The position numbers and the translations under genes are program-made. The notes beneath the pieces were generated by a model. It made no database searches and had not been told where the DNA came from. It saw nothing but the letters and a program-made list of their open reading frames with translations. Shown piece by piece: positions 54,382-57,175 of a stretch of 57,175 nucleotides of DNA. Origin of the DNA: a bacterium (GTDB lineage Bacteria; Patescibacteriota; Patescibacteriia; Veblenbacterales; UBA10138); contig JAGVEX010000020.1 in assembly GCA_020057885.1 (NCBI GenBank), positions 1 through 57,175 on the forward strand, written 5' to 3'. Every line of letters starts with the position of its first letter. Positions within the stretch are counted from its first letter, which is position 1.

Positions 54382-54576
54382 TTAGCTCCCTGGAATTAAT
54401 TTTCGCAGGGCCGGAATATTTACCTTAGCAATAGCCACATCACGGCGCTTGCGTCTGGTAACAACACCAGATTCACGCGCGTTAAAATGGTCTTGGCCAG
54501 CAGTGCGTTTCATTAGTTTGCCTTTGGCAGTAACACGAAAACGCTTAACAGTAGCTTTGTGAGTTTTAACCTTCAT
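54382..54576 (-). CDS. rpmI: 50S ribosomal protein L35
   Basis: KTHKATVKRF. Confidence 0.95.
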   Translation of the reverse strand: MKVKTHKATVKRFRVTAKGKLMKRTAGQDHFNARESGVVTRRKRRDVAIAKVNIPALRKLIPGS

Positions 54577-54619
54577 AAAATACTAACAATAAACTAAAAT
54601 TAGAAATTAAATATTAAAA

Positions 54620-55183
54620 TTAAGAATTCTCGGCTTCGACCTCTTCTTTTAGAGGCTTAACGCTATCTACTTTCTTTTTAGCCACCTGCATGCTCACATT
54701 TCCACCCTGCCGAGAAAAAGGCACTTCTATTATTACACCCTCACCTAAATCGTTTATAAAAGAAATCATAATCTCCCGTGCTAAATCGCCTCTGCCCTTC
54801 TCACGTCCGCGTAATATCATTTCCACTCTTACTCTATGCCCTTCGTCCAAAAACTTTTTAGCCTGATTTGAGCGAACTTCTTTGTCGTGGTCACCAATCT
54901 TTAATGAAATGCGTACGCCTTTGGTTTCTACTTTTTTAGCTTTAGCTTTTTGGGCCTGTATCAACTTTTGCTGTTTATACTGAAATTGCCCGTAATCCAT
55001 TATTTTGGCAATAGGAGGACGAGCAGTAGGGTTTACTTCAACTAAATCAAGGCCCCGCTCTTGTGCAAGCTTTAAAGCTTCATAAGTCGATAATACTCCC
55101 AAAGGCTTCCCTGTTTCATCTATTACCTGAACTTCGAGAATACGAATGTATTGATTAACGCGATAACGCGGTCGTGTATTCAA
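54620..55183 (-). CDS. infC: Translation initiation factor IF-3 (TTG start)
   Basis: GLDLVEV, KIMDYG, RGRE; infC-rpmI-rplT synteny. Confidence 0.95.
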   Translation of the reverse strand: MNTRPRYRVNQYIRILEVQVIDETGKPLGVLSTYEALKLAQERGLDLVEVNPTARPPIAKIMDYGQFQYKQQKLIQAQKAKAKKVETKGVRISLKIGDHDKEVRSNQAKKFLDEGHRVRVEMILRGREKGRGDLAREIMISFINDLGEGVIIEVPFSRQGGNVSMQVAKKKVDSVKPLKEEVEAENS

Positions 55184-55476
55184 GTTTGTTTTTTATTAAT
55201 TAATAAGTAGTTAGATAATTGTTTCTTTAAAAACTTATATCCACTGCCACTTTTAAGAAACTTCTCTCGCCCCAAAGCGTCTTGTTTTTCTAAATAATAC
55301 TCTGCATAAATAAGTCGCCATTTACCGAAACGAGTAGAAAAATTCTTGTGGTTATTATGTTCAAGAATCCTACGACTTAGGTTGGTAGTATAACCAATAT
55401 ACCACTTACCTAAATTTTTCTCCTCTAAAACATAAACGACAAAACCTTTGTTAACTCCCTCCGTTGGCTGTGCCAC
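55180..55476 (-). CDS. Small GIY-YIG nuclease (start uncertain; nearest in-frame start is GTG 55476)
   Basis: VYVL...WYIGYTTNLSRRILEHN...REKFLKSGSG. Confidence 0.8.
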   Translation of the reverse strand: MAQPTEGVNKGFVVYVLEEKNLGKWYIGYTTNLSRRILEHNNHKNFSTRFGKWRLIYAEYYLEKQDALGREKFLKSGSGYKFLKKQLSNYLLINKKQT

Positions 55477-55577
55477 GTGAATTGAGGCATTAATTGGTAA
55501 GGCCCCGTAAAACTCGTAGCTGATGCTACTTCGCCACGGGGCACGTAAAAATTTCGGGCTTGGCCTCAATTTTTACG

Positions 55578-55959
55578 TGGTGGAGGTGACGGGTGTTACA
55601 CCCGTGTCTAGCTATGCAACTCACGCTCAGGTCCAGGTTCAGTGCCGCTGATACTGAAAATGAATAAAGCGGCACAAAAATTCATTTCAGTTTGCCTTGT
55701 AATTTCTCGGTGTTGGCACCAAGACTAATACCAACTCCATACTCGATTAATAACGCCCCGCTAAATTATCGAGTATCATTTAGCGAAACGCTGCTAGCCC
55801 TTAAGCTAAAGCAGGAGCGAAGGAAAATGATGCAAAAGCATTATTTACCTTAGCGACAAATGATTTGGCATTTGTAAGTTGATAGCTTTTTTAGGCAGAC
55901 TATCGACTGCCACCTGCTAAACGCAAATTTACGTTAGCTATCGAATTGTAAACACCCCC
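55578..55959 (-). ncRNA. ssrA: tmRNA; tag peptide AKSFVAKVNNAFASFSFAPALA (55801-55869)
   Basis: 5' GGGGGTG / 3' CACCTCCACCA Ala-type acceptor stem with G.U pair; tag frame ending ALA-stop; adjacent smpB. Confidence 0.92.
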
Positions 55960-55967
55960 CGAGGTTA

Positions 55968-56058
55968 GAAATCCTAAATCCGAAATCCTAATACCCAAAC
56001 TTTAGGAATTTGAAATTTGGATTTGTTTAGGATTTAGATATTAGAGTTTAGGATTTTA
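55968..56058. repeat. Heptamer-periodic inverted repeat element (uninterrupted copy)
   Basis: AAATCCT AAATCCG AAATCCT ... GGATTTG TTTAGGATTTAGATATTAGAGTTTAGGATTT. Confidence 0.85.
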
Positions 56059-56077
56059 ATCAAACCTCGGTGAATGT

Positions 56078-56527
56078 TTACCTAAGTTTTAAAGAACTTT
56101 TAATTTCTCTTTCTACTTCTCGTTTGCGAATGCTGACGCGTTTATCATAACGGCTTTTGCCCTGCGCCAACCCTAATTCGACTTTCACAAACCTGTGCGT
56201 AGTATAAACAGAAAGTGGCACTAGTGTCAAGCCCCGTTCTTTTATTTTTCCCAAAAGATAAGCCAGCTCGCTGTGTTTTAATAAAATTTTTCTATCGCGC
56301 AGTGGATCATAAACTGCTTCCGCGCGCTTGGCTGGCGGATAGGCCGCAATGTTCATACCAGTAAGCCAAAGCTCTCCGCCCTTGGGAATTACGTAAGCGC
56401 CCTGCAAATTCACTCGCCCGCCTTTGGCAGATTTTACTTCTGCGCCAGTCAATACCAAACCAGCCTCCTTTTTCTCGAGGATTTTATAATCGTGCAGAAC
56501 GCGGCGGTTTTGAGCTAAGGTTGGCAT
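56078..56527 (-). CDS. smpB: SsrA-binding protein SmpB
   Basis: EAGLVLTGAEVKS, RKILL, LTLVP, YDKR. Confidence 0.96.
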   Translation of the reverse strand: MPTLAQNRRVLHDYKILEKKEAGLVLTGAEVKSAKGGRVNLQGAYVIPKGGELWLTGMNIAAYPPAKRAEAVYDPLRDRKILLKHSELAYLLGKIKERGLTLVPLSVYTTHRFVKVELGLAQGKSRYDKRVSIRKREVEREIKSSLKLR

Positions 56528-56645
56528 AAGTAAGTTAAAGTTAGGGTTTTGTTATTAACCACTCTTATATTCTAAGTTTTTTTAAAAATAAAAGCCATCA
56601 CACGTACGTTGACGAAGATGGCTTTAATTTTTACCTTATCTGATG

Positions 56646-57020
56646 TTACCTATCCGCAGCAACAAATTTTCTCTTCAAATTCATTAAACAATATTTACCG
56701 TTTTCATACCAACGGTAATTTCTTGCAGCGCATCTCATACCGCCACCGCAAAATTTTATCGATAAATCAATAATGACCATAAATCCTCTCATATACTTTT
56801 TCCTCCAAAAAATCTTGAACCAACTTAACGAAACAATAAATGATGCAAGAAAAATTATCCAACCCGAGCTGGAATGAGAGGTTGTGTTGTCATAATGAAA
56901 GACGATGTAATCTCGCGCGATTACCAAATCAAAATATGAACCGACAAACAAGATGGAGTTTATTGCAGCTGCTACTGCTAGAATTGTTAAGGTAACTAAA
57001 ATTAATTTTTTCATGACCAC
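56646..57020 (-). CDS. Hypothetical membrane protein
   Basis: Two hydrophobic segments; GAAGGAA upstream. Confidence 0.45.
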   Translation of the reverse strand: MVMKKLILVTLTILAVAAAINSILFVGSYFDLVIARDYIVFHYDNTTSHSSSGWIIFLASFIVSLSWFKIFWRKKYMRGFMVIIDLSIKFCGGGMRCAARNYRWYENGKYCLMNLKRKFVAADR

Positions 57021-57088
57021 TTCCTTCTTTTGTGATTGTTTTTTTATTTTTATTATTTCCTTTTTCTTTTCTATATTATAAAATAAAT

Positions 57089-57175
57089 TACTGCGGTCTA
57101 AAGCCCGCAGTATTAACGGTCTTGTTTTTGATTCTTAATGTAGTTACGGATGATTGATTCGCTGACAACGCTGTG
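57089..57175 (-). mobile_element. 3' end of a probable IS200/IS605 Y1 transposase (tnpA) plus terminal hairpin
   Basis: 57113-57175 encodes HSVVSESIIRNYIKNQKQDR* (YIxNQ catalytic-Tyr helix); TACTGCGG-tctaaagc-CCGCAGTA hairpin at 57089-57112. Confidence 0.6.

Overview
57-kb chromosomal segment from a Patescibacteria (CPR, Parcubacteria/ABY1-like) bacterium. The taxonomy is inferred from gene content, short AT-rich intergenic regions and the style of the surface protein; TGA is used as a stop codon. Almost all genes are on the minus strand. Housekeeping genes include gyrB, pheST, a UvrD-nuclease helicase, a complete F1Fo atp operon, rmuC, tatD, metG, rsmI, glyQS, a membrane-anchored Clp ATPase, recO, ileS, argS, infC-rpmI-rplT, tmRNA and smpB. 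An accessory region at about 4.6-12.3 kb holds the best candidate for a new system: an RRE-radical SAM-SPASM maturase followed by an unannotated 31-aa precursor-like peptide (5589-5684) with a strong Shine-Dalgarno site, and a convergent APH-like kinase. The second theme is a layered set of small palindromic and heptamer repeat elements. These include two covarying 140-nt elements forming the 5' leaders of ileS and argS, filled-versus-empty insertion sites visible within the window, and in-frame insertions in pheT and ileS. The window ends in what looks like the C-terminus and terminal hairpin of an IS200/IS605 Y1 transposase.
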